From the NCBI GenBank assembly GCA_918797485.1, contig CAKKNE010000006.1, forward strand, positions 434,001-498,000: a stretch of 64,000 bases of DNA, in the 5' to 3' direction. The DNA comes from Pelagomonas calceolata (Eukaryota). Under the pieces are notes generated by a model. That model was given only the letters and a program-made list of their open reading frames with translations, did no database searches and was not told the origin of the DNA. The first letter of the stretch is position 1. Every line of letters begins with the position of its first letter. Below are positions 1-10,094 of this stretch, one piece after another. The position numbers were made by a program, and so were the translations under genes.

Positions 1-22
1 CGAGGACGACGCTGAGCCGCAT
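1..22 (-). CDS. possible 5' end of a gene running off the left edge (MRLSVVL...)
   Basis: Minus-strand ATG at 22 followed by hydrophobic codons; only 7 codons visible. Confidence 0.25.
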
Positions 23-448
23 GGCTGCAATTGTATTCCAGTGGAGTTTCGCGATCTAGTCACCTCTCACGGCTCCGCGGGCCCCTGGGTAGTCGCAGTA
101 TCAAAATTTAGGATGGCGTTGAGCTCTGAACTTCGAGCGGTGACGCCGCTGGACCGATACGCCACGCGTGTCCAGCGCAAGTTTGCAAAGATAGAGAGAG
201 ACTAGTTACTCGGTTTTGGGGACGCTAGCCTAGCTCAGGGGGGATGGACGACTAGAACCAGGCCTCTAAAGGTCCGAATCCAGCGTCACGTCTTCACCGT
301 CGGGTCTTCGAGCAGGGTCCGCCTGGGGGGGCACTTGAGGATTGTAATCGTCTGCCACATGCCCAGGCCGAGTCGTGTCACCGCTAAGATATGAGTTGGA
401 AAACCCGCCACAGTAGACGAACAATACATATATTAAGCCCCCAAAAAA

Positions 449-3031
449 CTACTCCTCCTCCAAAAACTCCAAATCCCCCTCCTCCTCCTCGCCGCCGACG
501 GCGTCCGGCGTGACAACGTGTGAAGAGACGAGCTCGCCGCCGCCGCCGCAGAACGCGCGCTTCGGGTCGCGCACGTCCTCCCTGAATAGCCCGGCCGCGG
601 CCGCCGCGGCGTAGAACAGCGCGTCGACCCGGACCAGGGACCGCGCGAATCCATAGAGAGCAATGTCCAGCCGGTTCCTCTCCATGAGCAACGACCGGTC
701 CACCGCCGACAGGTTCCGCTTCAACATCATTCGCTTCCTTCCACTCTGACGGTCGCGCACGGGCAGCACCTCATTTAGAGACCAGGGCCGCCACCGTAAA
801 GCGTGGCGGACGATCGGCAATGCCTCAGACGCGTCGTCCGTCGTGAGGACCACCGCGTAGTCTAGTAATGTTCGTTTGGCTTTATCTAACATATCATCAT
901 GCGTATGTAGCGGAGGCGTCTCGCCGTCGTACGGCCTTGGTGAATACGACGTCCCCAGCAGTGAACGTGTATGATAGTCCGACGACAGCGCGCAGACCAT
1001 GGACCAGTCGTAGCCCGTCCGGTGCGGCGCTGCCATCGTATAAGGTAATTCCTTCGCCGGGATACACGATCCATCATCCTGGAACACGCCCCTAAAATAC
1101 TCATCAGGCAGACTCCGGACCTTCTCGTGTTTTCTAGGTCTGGCCCTCAGAATGGTACTCCAAAGATGGTTGTGGTGCGACACGATGCGATCGAGAGGAT
1201 CCCGCAACAACGTCGCGTGCCAGATGTCCGGAGAACACGTAGCACCGCCGTTGTCGGCCCATCTTTCAATCGCCATCAGTTCATAGTTATTCCGCTCGAA
1301 GATCGCCCTTCTTGACTCACACGACCGCTCGACGGCGGCGCACCGCGCCCGCCGCCCCTTCCCCACGGACTCCTTGCTTTCGTGCATCACGGACAGGCCG
1401 CGCGCGCAGTTGCCCCAGGTGGGACCTGCGCGGGAGACGGGTCGCGGCGATGGCGTGGGGGCGGCGCGAGGTCCGACGCCATCGACGCGAGCAAACGGAC
1501 GCCGCAACCAACCGTCGCCCGGCGCCCAGAGCGTCGAGAACCGCGGGGGAGCTTTACACCGATTGCGTGAGGCTAATTTGCACAGCGACGTGCCCGCGGC
1601 TTTTGAGACATGTAAATATACAAGGTACCTCGCGGCGCGCTGGGCCTCGACGAGCGCGTTGGCGCAGGCGTCGATGAAATAATTCAACGGTCGTCCCTCG
1701 AGATCGGACGCCGCGAGCAGAAATAAACGCCGGTCGGCGTGCATGGCATCTGTTGAACCCGTGGCTAGATTTGACGAAATAGCGGCGCCCGCGCGGTAGG
1801 CCGCACAGGCCATCACGTGTTGCCTTCGTTTCAGGGTCATTTTCTGAACCGTTGGAGATGCGAGGACCTTTGCGAGTCTGGCGACCGTCGAATTTTCACT
1901 GAACCGCTTCTCGAGCGCGTGCAGCGACAAGCACGACGGCTCGGCGGAAGAAGGAAGCCTCGCCTCGACTGCATTTATCGCCTCAGATAATGCGGGAGTC
2001 AACTCCGAGAGGGGCAAGCTTCGCCGCGTGTCGACGTGCCTCCTTCCCAGATCATTGCTACAGTCGCTCTTCAGCACCTTGCCGGACGGCGTCGCCGACG
2101 CGTAGAACAAGCCCCTATTCGTCGCTAATCGTCTGTAAGTATTACTTCGGTGCCCGCAATTCAGCACCTCGACGACGGCCCCTGCATCCCGCATGAACAG
2201 CGCATTCGTGAGCGACGCGCCGTGGGCGCCCACCAACACATGGGAAGCTTGGGCCATCCTAAACTGCTGGCGGAAGGCGAATAAATGCGCAGCGGTGTGG
2301 ACCTCGAGGCGCCAAGTAGGGTGTCTTGTGGCCAAGTACGACTGGAGCTGTGCCACTAATTCCTGCGAGTTGGACCAGCCGGGGCCCGCTCTCCTCGCGG
2401 GCCCGCCCTTTACTGATCGTAATATGAGCGAGACCGTCCTTTCTGCTGATGGAGTGGTCCCGTGGCGTTTTGAGGCCGCTTGAATGAATGCCCTTGTGGC
2501 GTCCGGATCCTTCAAGTAAGTCGCTCGCGGGACATACGTGGCATGCACGACGCGCCGAAAACACTTGTCCCTGCCAAGGCCGTCCCGAAACACGAGAGAC
2601 GAATCGTCAGCCTCCGCACCCAACGCATCTAAAGCAGACAAAGCCGTCTCGCGGAACCAGTCCGTGTCGGCCCCGCGCGCCGTCAGGAAGCTCGGGGCCC
2701 GCATGACTTGGGGCAGCGCGAGCTTGTCGACCTTTACTTTCTGCCGATATAATTCTTCATAGGCTGGGAGCGTCGAGGCGGCGAAGTGCTCCATGTTCGC
2801 CCAGTCGCTCGCCGTCGCCCGTCGTACCCTCTTCACGGTGACGACCCATAATGTAGACGGGTCTATGACGGCGTTCGGGCCGGCCGCTAAGAAGCGGGGG
2901 TTGCACGGGCCGCGGCCGCCGCACGGCACGCCGACGCACGTGTCCGGGACGCTCACTATTTTGGCCGTGGCGTTTGGATCCTGCCATGCATTTCCGGTGG
3001 TGAGGAGCGCGGCGAGCAGCCATCGCAGCAT
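449..3031 (-). CDS. secreted/Golgi GT61-like glycosyltransferase fused to a PAPS sulfotransferase domain; probable in-frame intron 1426-1512 (~831 aa spliced)
   Basis: Signal peptide MLRWLLAALLTTGNAW; GT61-type QQFRMAQASHVLVGAHGASLTNALFM...VVEV; sulfotransferase 5'PSB-like LHVSKAAGTS, 3'PB-like LRDPLDRIVSH, C-terminal NRLDIALY. Confidence 0.75.
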   Translation of the reverse strand: MLRWLLAALLTTGNAWQDPNATAKIVSVPDTCVGVPCGGRGPCNPRFLAAGPNAVIDPSTLWVVTVKRVRRATASDWANMEHFAASTLPAYEELYRQKVKVDKLALPQVMRAPSFLTARGADTDWFRETALSALDALGAEADDSSLVFRDGLGRDKCFRRVVHATYVPRATYLKDPDATRAFIQAASKRHGTTPSAERTVSLILRSVKGGPARRAGPGWSNSQELVAQLQSYLATRHPTWRLEVHTAAHLFAFRQQFRMAQASHVLVGAHGASLTNALFMRDAGAVVEVLNCGHRSNTYRRLATNRGLFYASATPSGKVLKSDCSNDLGRRHVDTRRSLPLSELTPALSEAINAVEARLPSSAEPSCLSLHALEKRFSENSTVARLAKVLASPTVQKMTLKRRQHVMACAAYRAGAAISSNLATGSTDAMHADRRLFLLAASDLEGRPLNYFIDACANALVEAQRAARYLVYLHVSKAAGTSLCKLASRNRCKAPPRFSTLWAPGDGWLRRPFARVDGVGPRAAPTPSPRPVSRAGPTWGNCARGLSVMHESKESVGKGRRARCAAVERSCESRRAIFERNNYELMAIERWADNGGATCSPDIWHATLLRDPLDRIVSHHNHLWSTILRARPRKHEKVRSLPDEYFRGVFQDDGSCIPAKELPYTMAAPHRTGYDWSMVCALSSDYHTRSLLGTSYSPRPYDGETPPLHTHDDMLDKAKRTLLDYAVVLTTDDASEALPIVRHALRWRPWSLNEVLPVRDRQSGRKRMMLKRNLSAVDRSLLMERNRLDIALYGFARSLVRVDALFYAAAAAAGLFREDVRDPKRAFCGGGGELVSSHVVTPDAVGGEEEEGDLEFLEEE
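1426..1512 (-). mobile_element. degenerate introner-derived intron (87 nt, phase 1, in-frame)
   Basis: GTTGGTTG...GTCTCCCGCGCAG; contains the family internal motifs CGATGGCGTGGGG and ACGCCATCGACGCG; removal gives WAPGDGPTWGNC. No recognisable TSD. Confidence 0.55.
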
Positions 3032-3185
3032 ATTTTTGGTGCACGCAGCAGTGCTGCGTACAGATGCTTTTACGATGCGTCAAGCAGCCATAGCTGCGCT
3101 TGTTATGCGGAACAATAGCTACGCAGCGCGGATCGCTTAATATAGGCCGCACAACAATAAAATTGAGCCGCAGCGCAAAAAATCA

Positions 3186-3208
3186 GCTAGCGGCTGTAAG
3201 ACACTAGC
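3186..3208 (+). promoter_or_regulatory. CTAG-palindrome upstream motif
   Basis: GCTAGCG-GCTGTAAGA-CACTAGC between divergent starts 3031 and 3290. Confidence 0.7.
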
Positions 3209-3289
3209 TGTCGCTCCCGCCGGCTGGGCAGACCTTACTGCAGGAAGCAGCGCGGTTGGTTCTAAAAAGCACGGCGCACGTGAGAGATT

Positions 3290-4789
3290 ATGCGGCGCTT
3301 TGCCAGTGTGGCAGCCTTGTACGGCAGCACGCGCCCGGCATGCCGCGCCCTGCGCCAGCCCCTGCGCCGACCCGCGCTGCGCAGCGCCGTCGCGACGACG
3401 CCAAAAGCCCTCGCCGCGTTACTATCGAGCCAAGAGGCGGGCGGCGGCAGCAAGCTCTCCCTCCACGCGGCGGTCGGCGTCGCCGCGTTGAGCGGCGGCG
3501 CGGCGGCCTGCGCCGCGTCAGATGATGAACAGGCAAGCCCGCCTCCCCACAAGGACTACGCTGCGAAGTGGACGGCCAACCCTATCGTTGCCGGGGATAG
3601 GGTCCTGGGGACGATTAATGGCGTGGACTGCTCGGAGGCCACGAAGGCGGTTTGGGGCGTGCAGTTCACCAAGCCTTATCAGAAACTGGACGTAGGGCAG
3701 ACGGCGACGGGCTGGTTCGTAACGCAAGTGCCGTTCGGCGTGTTCTCGGGCGAGAACTTTTCAAACGTCGGTAATAGATTAGGGAGTCACCTCGCGCAAG
3801 CGCACGTCATTGGCTTGGCCATTGGCGAGGACGGCGACGACGCGGACCATCTGCCAGAGCTAGAGAAGAACCTGGTGAAGTCTATCGCTGACGCGACGCA
3901 CAAGTACAAGAGCACGGATCAAAATCTGATAGGCCGACTGGCGAACTCGCAGACGCTCATCATCTACAAGGGCGAGGAGATCCTGACGTCGATCGACGTG
4001 CAGCGCCCGCCCCGAAGCGAGGATCCGGCGACGACGGGCCTCCCGGAGCCGATCCCGATCGACAAGGCCGAGTTGGTGCGGAGCGCGACGTGGTTCTGCG
4101 ACGTGGGCGCGGTGCAGGAGTGGGTGAAGGTGCTACAGCTCTTCACGGCGCAGAAGGCCGCCGACGTCATCCGAGATGCTGCGGAGAAGGCGCAGATGCT
4201 TGCGCGGCGCGAGGCCGTCCGGGCGGCGGCGATGGAGGACGACAAGACGGGGACGGGCTTGGAGGTCGTGTTCGCGGAAATTATGGGCGCCGCAACTAAA
4301 AAAGAGAGGTTCCCGAAATTGGGCGAGCTGCAGGACCTCGCGGCGCGCGGCGGGTTCGCTGAGGTGGAATATGATGGCGCTGCCAATAACTGTGTTGGAA
4401 GCGTTTGGTACCAGTACCCTCGGAATCGAATTGTCGTGGTCCCCGACACCACGCGCTTTGATGAAAAAATTCCCAGGTGTACTGTCTGGTCCCACGCGGC
4501 ATACTCTGGTAGGGTGATCTACGCGAAAGCATTTGTCGAGCTGGGGAAGCTGGCGGAGGCCTGGGACTGGATCGAGGACTTCGACGCGTGGCTAGAATCG
4601 AAGTCGATATTTATGCCGAATCCGGAGAACCCTCAACGCACTCATTGTGGTAGAAAGCCCCTCTCTATACTGAATCCGGCCGTGGAACAGCCGCCGCCGC
4701 CGACGACGTACAAAGACCGAGCCGGCGTTGTTGTTGAAAGGAGAGCGCCTTCTGCACGCACTACGAAAGGAACCTACTCGCGATCGTAA
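3290..4789 (+). CDS. hypothetical protein, 499 aa, Arg/Ala-rich N-terminus resembling a mitochondrial presequence
   Basis: Long ORF with protein-like composition; no family recognised. Confidence 0.6.
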   Translation: MRRFASVAALYGSTRPACRALRQPLRRPALRSAVATTPKALAALLSSQEAGGGSKLSLHAAVGVAALSGGAAACAASDDEQASPPPHKDYAAKWTANPIVAGDRVLGTINGVDCSEATKAVWGVQFTKPYQKLDVGQTATGWFVTQVPFGVFSGENFSNVGNRLGSHLAQAHVIGLAIGEDGDDADHLPELEKNLVKSIADATHKYKSTDQNLIGRLANSQTLIIYKGEEILTSIDVQRPPRSEDPATTGLPEPIPIDKAELVRSATWFCDVGAVQEWVKVLQLFTAQKAADVIRDAAEKAQMLARREAVRAAAMEDDKTGTGLEVVFAEIMGAATKKERFPKLGELQDLAARGGFAEVEYDGAANNCVGSVWYQYPRNRIVVVPDTTRFDEKIPRCTVWSHAAYSGRVIYAKAFVELGKLAEAWDWIEDFDAWLESKSIFMPNPENPQRTHCGRKPLSILNPAVEQPPPPTTYKDRAGVVVERRAPSARTTKGTYSRS

Positions 4790-5579
4790 GCTTGCTCGTC
4801 GATACGGCGGACGTCGTCGCGTCGTCTTCGCTGGGCCGGGCAAGTTGCAGAGTGTCCGCGTCGGTGACGGACCTGTTATGTGTAATACAGTTACCTAGGT
4901 TCGAAGTCTCCGCCCGCGCGACCCCCGTCACGGTGGCGCCGACCGCGCCTCCCTCGCCGTCGGCGTCTATCACAGCCTCGCCGTCCGTGGAGACCGAATC
5001 CGTGCCGTCCCGGCCGTCCGCGGCGCCGACGTCCGCTCCGCCGGCAGCGACTCGCGGGCCCGCGGTGCCTGCTTCAACGTCCATGTCCGACGCCGTCGCC
5101 GCGCCGCCCGCGCCCTCTCCGGGCTCGATCCCGCCCATGTCGCACCCACCGAAATTTTCGCCGCCGCCTATACCCCCTGAGCGACGGCGAGGTCGCCCGG
5201 GACCCCGCCGCCCGCGCCGTAGAAGCGACTATCGTCGACGCGCCCGCGCGCCTCGGCGCCGGCGTCCACGAGCGGAACGCCGTCGATGCGGTCGTCGCCG
5301 CCGGCGCCCGCCGTCGGCGCGGCCGCGGCGTCGCTCGCCGCCACCGCCCGCGCCGCGGGCCGCGCGGGCCCCTCGGCCCCCGTCGCGTCGGCGGCTCTGG
5401 CGCGCTGCGTTCCTGGTCGTGGGCGACGCCGTACTCGTACAGCACGGGACGTACGTCCTCGAGAAGTTGGAGCCCGAGGACGATGGATTGATCGCCACTG
5501 GCACGCGCGGGCGCCGGGAGCAAGAGTCCTAGGACTAAATATTACACGAGTCGGAGTCGCACAGGAAGGCACAGTTCAG

Positions 5580-6116
5580 TCAGAATTCCGGGATTTGCAG
5601 CCCCGGTACGTCCGGCTTCACGCGTCTAGCGTCGCCACTGGCGCTCTGGGGTGTCCTTGCCGGCGGCGGTCGCGCCTTCAGCGCCACGCGTGCCGGCGAG
5701 GTGGCGCTCCCGTCGTCCATCGGGCCGCTTCCGTTGGCCTCGTCGTCGTCCGATTGGACCGGCGACGACGTGGGCGTCGCTACCGGGGTCGACGCCTTGG
5801 CGGCGTTCCACGACCACGCGGCGTTCCCGGGGTGCTTGGGCGCCGCGCGCCGCTTAAGCTCGGCCTCGACCGCGGGTTCGAGTTTGTCGCGCACCTCTGC
5901 CGATAAAGCCGCCGCGAGTCTTCCGAGCCCGGCCCGGCGCTCCGCGCCGCCGCCGCCGAACGCGGCGTCGATCGCTGCCGTAGCTGCTGCGTCGCTGACA
6001 TCCTTGCACGTGACGGCTTTGACGAGTTTGTCTTGCAGCGCCGATTCTGCTTTGTCGTCAGCGGCTCGCCGTGCCCTCGCAGTTCCGCCGTCGGCGGCCG
6101 GAGCAGCGCTTGCCAT
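5580..6116 (-). CDS. hypothetical protein (may be incomplete or spliced)
   Basis: 178-aa ORF divergent from 6333; no recognised domain. Confidence 0.35.
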   Translation of the reverse strand: MASAAPAADGGTARARRAADDKAESALQDKLVKAVTCKDVSDAAATAAIDAAFGGGGAERRAGLGRLAAALSAEVRDKLEPAVEAELKRRAAPKHPGNAAWSWNAAKASTPVATPTSSPVQSDDDEANGSGPMDDGSATSPARVALKARPPPARTPQSASGDARRVKPDVPGLQIPEF

Positions 6117-6332
6117 TATTGTCGAGGTCTGCCGCGTCTACAAAACTGCGGTTTCGGTACGCATGCGTCGTCAGCAGCTCGCTGTGCAGCTCTGGTGGCG
6201 AGCCTCGGCCACAGATGTGCGTCTGCAGCGCCTCGGCGCCCACAAAGCTGCGTTGACGTGGACGCTCGGCGCCACAAAACGGGTTTTCGAGCAATTTTTT
6301 TTGCAGCGATTTCCATCGTCAAAGTTGCCGCG

Positions 6333-6779
6333 ATGCCCTTAATTCTATTATCCGACGCGGCCCTCCTCGCGAGGTTGCAGGGCTTGAGCTTTCAACAGAG
6401 CAAGGATGCCTGGTTGACCGCCAACCAAAAACCCCTCGTCGCCACGGCGATCGAAGCGATCGAGGCGGCGATGCTCAAAGTTCCCATAAAGAAGCGACGC
6501 TCGGTGTGGTACCACTGGTGGCGCACCTATGTAGATAGAAAGCATAAAACCGGCGTCCCGGCACCGAGTCGCGACAACACGTTCCTCGACGAGACGACCA
6601 TGCGGCTCTGGCGGGCCAAGGACTACGAGGGCCTCTACAAGCACTTCCGCGAGAACTGCGAGGCGGTGCTCGACGTCGGCTACCCCGACGCCGAGATCAA
6701 GAAGGGTTCGCGCAAGAACTTGAAGAACCTGAGGAAGGTGAAGAAAGACCAGCGCAAGATAGTCTCCGCCTTATCCTAG
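6333..6779 (+). CDS. hypothetical basic protein, 148 aa
   Basis: From ATG 6333 (MPLILLSD...); GC3-rich codons; Lys-rich C-terminus; AT-rich sequence after the stop. Confidence 0.55.
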   Translation: MPLILLSDAALLARLQGLSFQQSKDAWLTANQKPLVATAIEAIEAAMLKVPIKKRRSVWYHWWRTYVDRKHKTGVPAPSRDNTFLDETTMRLWRAKDYEGLYKHFRENCEAVLDVGYPDAEIKKGSRKNLKNLRKVKKDQRKIVSALS

Positions 6780-7346
6780 GCATATTTAGCTAATATTTAA
6801 TCTGTTTCATGTGCTCGAGTCCGGCTCCTACTGAGTGCAGTCGTAGTGGCCCACGCGTTCCGTGCAGCGCGTTGGCAGAAGGCCGTCCGAGACACGCCGC
6901 CGTGTCCATCGCGCCGACCTAGGTGGAACTGCTGGCGTCGAGCGCGTCGACACGCGCCTAGGCAGCGGCCAGGGGTCCGTCTCGACGGGCAAGCAGCGGC
7001 CGGCGCCGACAGGTCTCCACCGCGTCTGGGGACGAGGACACCCGTCCCGCGACCATCTGCCGCGAGAAGACGCTCCTCCGTCCCTAACCACGCCACCCGA
7101 CGCAATCCCGCATCCTCCGAAGGGCCGCTTCGTGGCACACGCGCGGGCGCCGGCCGCAGCGCCACAAACGCGCGCTGAACCCGTGTCGGCGCCGCACGAG
7201 GTGCCGCACTTGATTACGTCGGAGCCCGATAATCGTTCGAGCGTTGTGCGTCCTCCTGAGCACGCTCGTGCGGATGATGCCTCGGTGCCGACCGGGACAG
7301 GCGGGCGGCCCCGGGCGCCGCCGCTTCCCCGCCGACGACGCGTCTT

Positions 7347-7530
7347 CTACGCGCCGCCGCCGCGCGACCGAGCTATGCTACGTCGTGAGCCCCCACCCTG
7401 CCACGCACTGGTGGCCGCGGCGAGCAGCACCAGCATTGACAGCATTTTTGCAGGGCAGCAGCAGCTGCGTACAGCTCGCTTTACGATGCGTGAGCCATTG
7501 CTGTGGTGCTATGGGGAAAGAATGCTGCAA
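7347..7530 (-). pseudogene. duplicated 5' end (upstream region plus signal peptide) of the gene at 449-3031; short ORF MLSMLVLLAAATSAWQG... stops after 32 codons
   Basis: Collinear blocks shared with 2980-3120: CCTGCCAYGCA, CGCGGCGAGCAGC, CAGCAT..TTTTG, GCTGCGTACAG, TTTACGATGCGT, AGCCATWGCTG. Confidence 0.5.
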
Positions 7531-7592
7531 TCCGCACCGCGAAACGCCCACAATCTCGATGCGTATGGTGCCCACAAAAGTTTTGTGTGCTT

Positions 7593-7612
7593 GCTAGTGC
7601 CTTACCGCTAGC
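7593..7612 (-). promoter_or_regulatory. CTAG-palindrome upstream motif
   Basis: Plus strand GCTAGTG-CCTTAC-CGCTAGC between ATG 7445(-) and ATG 7706(+). Confidence 0.65.
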
Positions 7613-7705
7613 TCGGACACCTTTTGCCAAAAAGGCACGCAGCGCAGCCCAAACGCCCCGAGGGCTGCCCGGATGGCGCAATGAACCCCATACGCCATCG
7701 ATGCG

Positions 7706-8761
7706 ATGAGCTTGCTGCTGCTCACCCTCACGGCAGCCAGCGCCGCGCCGCGCGAGTGCTGGACCGTCAAGTCCGTGACGGGCCGCGTTCGCGACAATGT
7801 CGGGCACCAGGGCGAGGAGCTCGTTTATCGCCTCGTCGCGGCCGGTTTAAGACAGGCGCCGCCGCGCGCGGTGTACTGGCCGTGGCCCATTTTGCCGTGG
7901 AGCCGCGAGGTCCTCGAGGCGACGCTGCCGGACGTCGAGGTGGCGAGCGGCGACGGCGCGGAGGCGCCGAAGGCGTGTCTCAAAGGTGAAAAAATCTGGC
8001 GGCCCGAGTACAAGCGGCCGCAGTGGCCCTCAATCAAGATCCACGGCGAGGCGCGCAAACGCGCGTACCGGCACTGCAACCTCTACAACACGTCGCGGAG
8101 GACGCTCGTCGTGCGGATCCTGCAGCGGCGCGACTCGAGCGAGTACGTCGTAGGCGTCAAGAGACGGACCGAGGTCTGCGGCGGCGGAGGCATCAAGCGC
8201 AACCTGCGCGACGTCGACGAGCTCAAGGCGACGATCTCCGCGGCGGCGAAGCGGGCGGGCATCAGTCTCGTCTTCGAGACGGATTACGTGGAGAACTCCG
8301 CCCCGGGCTCGTTCTGCGACCAGCTCCGGCGTTTCGCGACGGCGGACGTCTTGGTCAGCGTCCACGGCGCGCATCTGGTGAATGCGCCCTGGATCGCGCC
8401 CGGCGGACTGCTGCTCGAGGCGCTGCCGTACGGCCACAAACGAAAGAAACACCACGCGCGCCTCCTGCGGAACACGGACCTCGAGTACGTGCGCGTCTGC
8501 GGCGTGCGGCCCTCGTCGTCGCTTCCCAAAAAGGAATCCCTCTGCGAGGGCCGCACCGCCGCGGCGCGAAAGTGCGCGCTGGTGGCGCGCGACTGCTACG
8601 AGACGCCGCTCCGGCCCCGGAGCGACGTCTGCGCGTCGTCGGAGCCGTGCGAGTGCCTTGGCGTGTTGGAGAAGCGGTTGACTGGTTTTTTCGCGCGGCG
8701 GCGGCAGTCTGGTGGTCGTCATCGGAGGCGTCGTTCTGGGCGGGGGGAGGAGGCGTTGTAG
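7706..8761 (+). CDS. GT61-like glycosyltransferase, secreted
   Basis: Signal peptide MSLLLLTLTAASA; SFCDQLRRFATADVLVSVHGAHLVNAPWIAPGGLLLEALP is a typical GT61 (DUF563) core. Confidence 0.75.
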   Translation: MSLLLLTLTAASAAPRECWTVKSVTGRVRDNVGHQGEELVYRLVAAGLRQAPPRAVYWPWPILPWSREVLEATLPDVEVASGDGAEAPKACLKGEKIWRPEYKRPQWPSIKIHGEARKRAYRHCNLYNTSRRTLVVRILQRRDSSEYVVGVKRRTEVCGGGGIKRNLRDVDELKATISAAAKRAGISLVFETDYVENSAPGSFCDQLRRFATADVLVSVHGAHLVNAPWIAPGGLLLEALPYGHKRKKHHARLLRNTDLEYVRVCGVRPSSSLPKKESLCEGRTAAARKCALVARDCYETPLRPRSDVCASSEPCECLGVLEKRLTGFFARRRQSGGRHRRRRSGRGEEAL

Positions 8762-8787
8762 TACTTGTATTAAAATTCACACAATAC

Positions 8788-9906
8788 TTACCACTTGTCC
8801 GCGATGATCGCGAGGCCCGTTTTTGGTTTGGGGGAAGATATGGGCGGCAGCGCCACGCCGTCATCGTCGGACGCGTCCGACGCCGTCTCATCGTCGTCGT
8901 CCGACGGCGCGGCGGCCTCCCACCTCGATAGTTGAGCGTCGTCTTTCGGACCTGTATACTCGGTGTCCACGGGATGGAGCACGAGCATGCCCGACGCGTC
9001 GCCGGAAGCAAGATACGTCGGCGAGAACGCCAGACACCGGACCTCGTCGAGCGCGGGCACGACCCGCTGCGGCGCGCCCGTCGCGACGTCGTGGAAGGCT
9101 ATCCTTTGGTCCGCGCCGCCGATGGCCAAACAATTGCCGTCCGTCGAGTACGCCACGGCCCAGACCGCCCCCTGGCGCTTGATGGTCGTCCGCACCGTCG
9201 CGGAGGGCAGGTAGTATATGACCACTCTCGAATCCAAACCGCCCGCGGCCAGCGAAAAGCCGTCCGGCGCATAGGCCAGGCACCGCACAGCCGGGTGACA
9301 GTCTATCCTAAAGTCCCGCTCCTTCTTAAAGGGGCCCGCGGACGTCGCATTGATGATGTCGTCGGGGCCTTCGCGTCTTATTTCTCGCGTTATCTCATTC
9401 GTTTTCGTTTGAATAATAGCGATCGAGCTGTCGTCGTCGCCGCCCACGGCCAAGGAACACCCGTCGGGCGAGAAGCAGAGGCTCCAGACCCACAACGAGC
9501 GCCCAGGGAAGGGCAATTTCCTCTTGCCGTCCTCACCAAAATAAGTCAAATGGACACCACCTTCCCCCCCGACACAGACCTCCCGTGATTTGGGCGCAAA
9601 GGCACAACTACGGACGCCCTCGCCCGCCGCGATCTCCCGCACGAGCTTGCCGCGCTTGTCATATATGGCCACTTGGCCGTCGGCGCCGCCCACAGCTAAT
9701 GAGCCGTCGTGCGCGAACGCTACGGTGGAGACAGCAGCCGTCCGTTGGATGCTCCCTCGGAGCTCCCGGCCCTTCGTCGCGTCGTAGAGCGTGACGCGCC
9801 CGTCGTCGGCGCCCACCGCAATTGTTTTTTGGCTCGGATGCCAGGCCACGCAATTGACGGCGTCGTCGCTGCGCTTCAGGACTAACAACTGGGCCGGTCT
9901 GGGCAT
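8788..9906 (-). CDS. WD40-repeat protein
   Basis: About 7 repeats such as AVNCVAWHPSQKTIAVGADDGRVTLYD; ATG at 9906. Confidence 0.85.
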   Translation of the reverse strand: MPRPAQLLVLKRSDDAVNCVAWHPSQKTIAVGADDGRVTLYDATKGRELRGSIQRTAAVSTVAFAHDGSLAVGGADGQVAIYDKRGKLVREIAAGEGVRSCAFAPKSREVCVGGEGGVHLTYFGEDGKRKLPFPGRSLWVWSLCFSPDGCSLAVGGDDDSSIAIIQTKTNEITREIRREGPDDIINATSAGPFKKERDFRIDCHPAVRCLAYAPDGFSLAAGGLDSRVVIYYLPSATVRTTIKRQGAVWAVAYSTDGNCLAIGGADQRIAFHDVATGAPQRVVPALDEVRCLAFSPTYLASGDASGMLVLHPVDTEYTGPKDDAQLSRWEAAAPSDDDDETASDASDDDGVALPPISSPKPKTGLAIIADKW

Positions 9907-9951
9907 CGCTGCGGTGGTTTGGGCAGCCTTTGTTGGCCGTTTTTGACTGGG

Positions 9952-9975
9952 GCTAGCGGGCGGTAAGGCACTAGC
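9952..9975 (+). promoter_or_regulatory. CTAG-palindrome upstream motif
   Basis: GCTAGCG-GGCGGTAAGG-CACTAGC between divergent starts 9906 and 10095/10101. Confidence 0.7.
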
Positions 9976-10094
9976 AAAGATCGAGCAACACAAGACTTTA
10001 GTGCCGTGCGCGCCTTGTTGCTGCCAAAAGGCACTGCATATTGCATACAGCAGAGCCTCGCTGTCCCACGCGTGCAGCCCGGCAGCTCAGCGAG

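Noticed and set aside
201..229. 15th copy of the upstream palindrome (ACTAGTT...CGCTAGC)
   Set aside because: Spacer is longer and lacks the CTTAC core; position is compatible but support is too weak to count.
4792..5532. Many 100-370 aa Arg/Pro/Ala-rich overlapping or antisense ORFs (e.g. 4792-5532, 8023-8931, 27323-28423, 45732-46706)
   Set aside because: Most are shadow frames expected at high GC and overlap better-supported genes; 4792-5532 has only low-complexity content.
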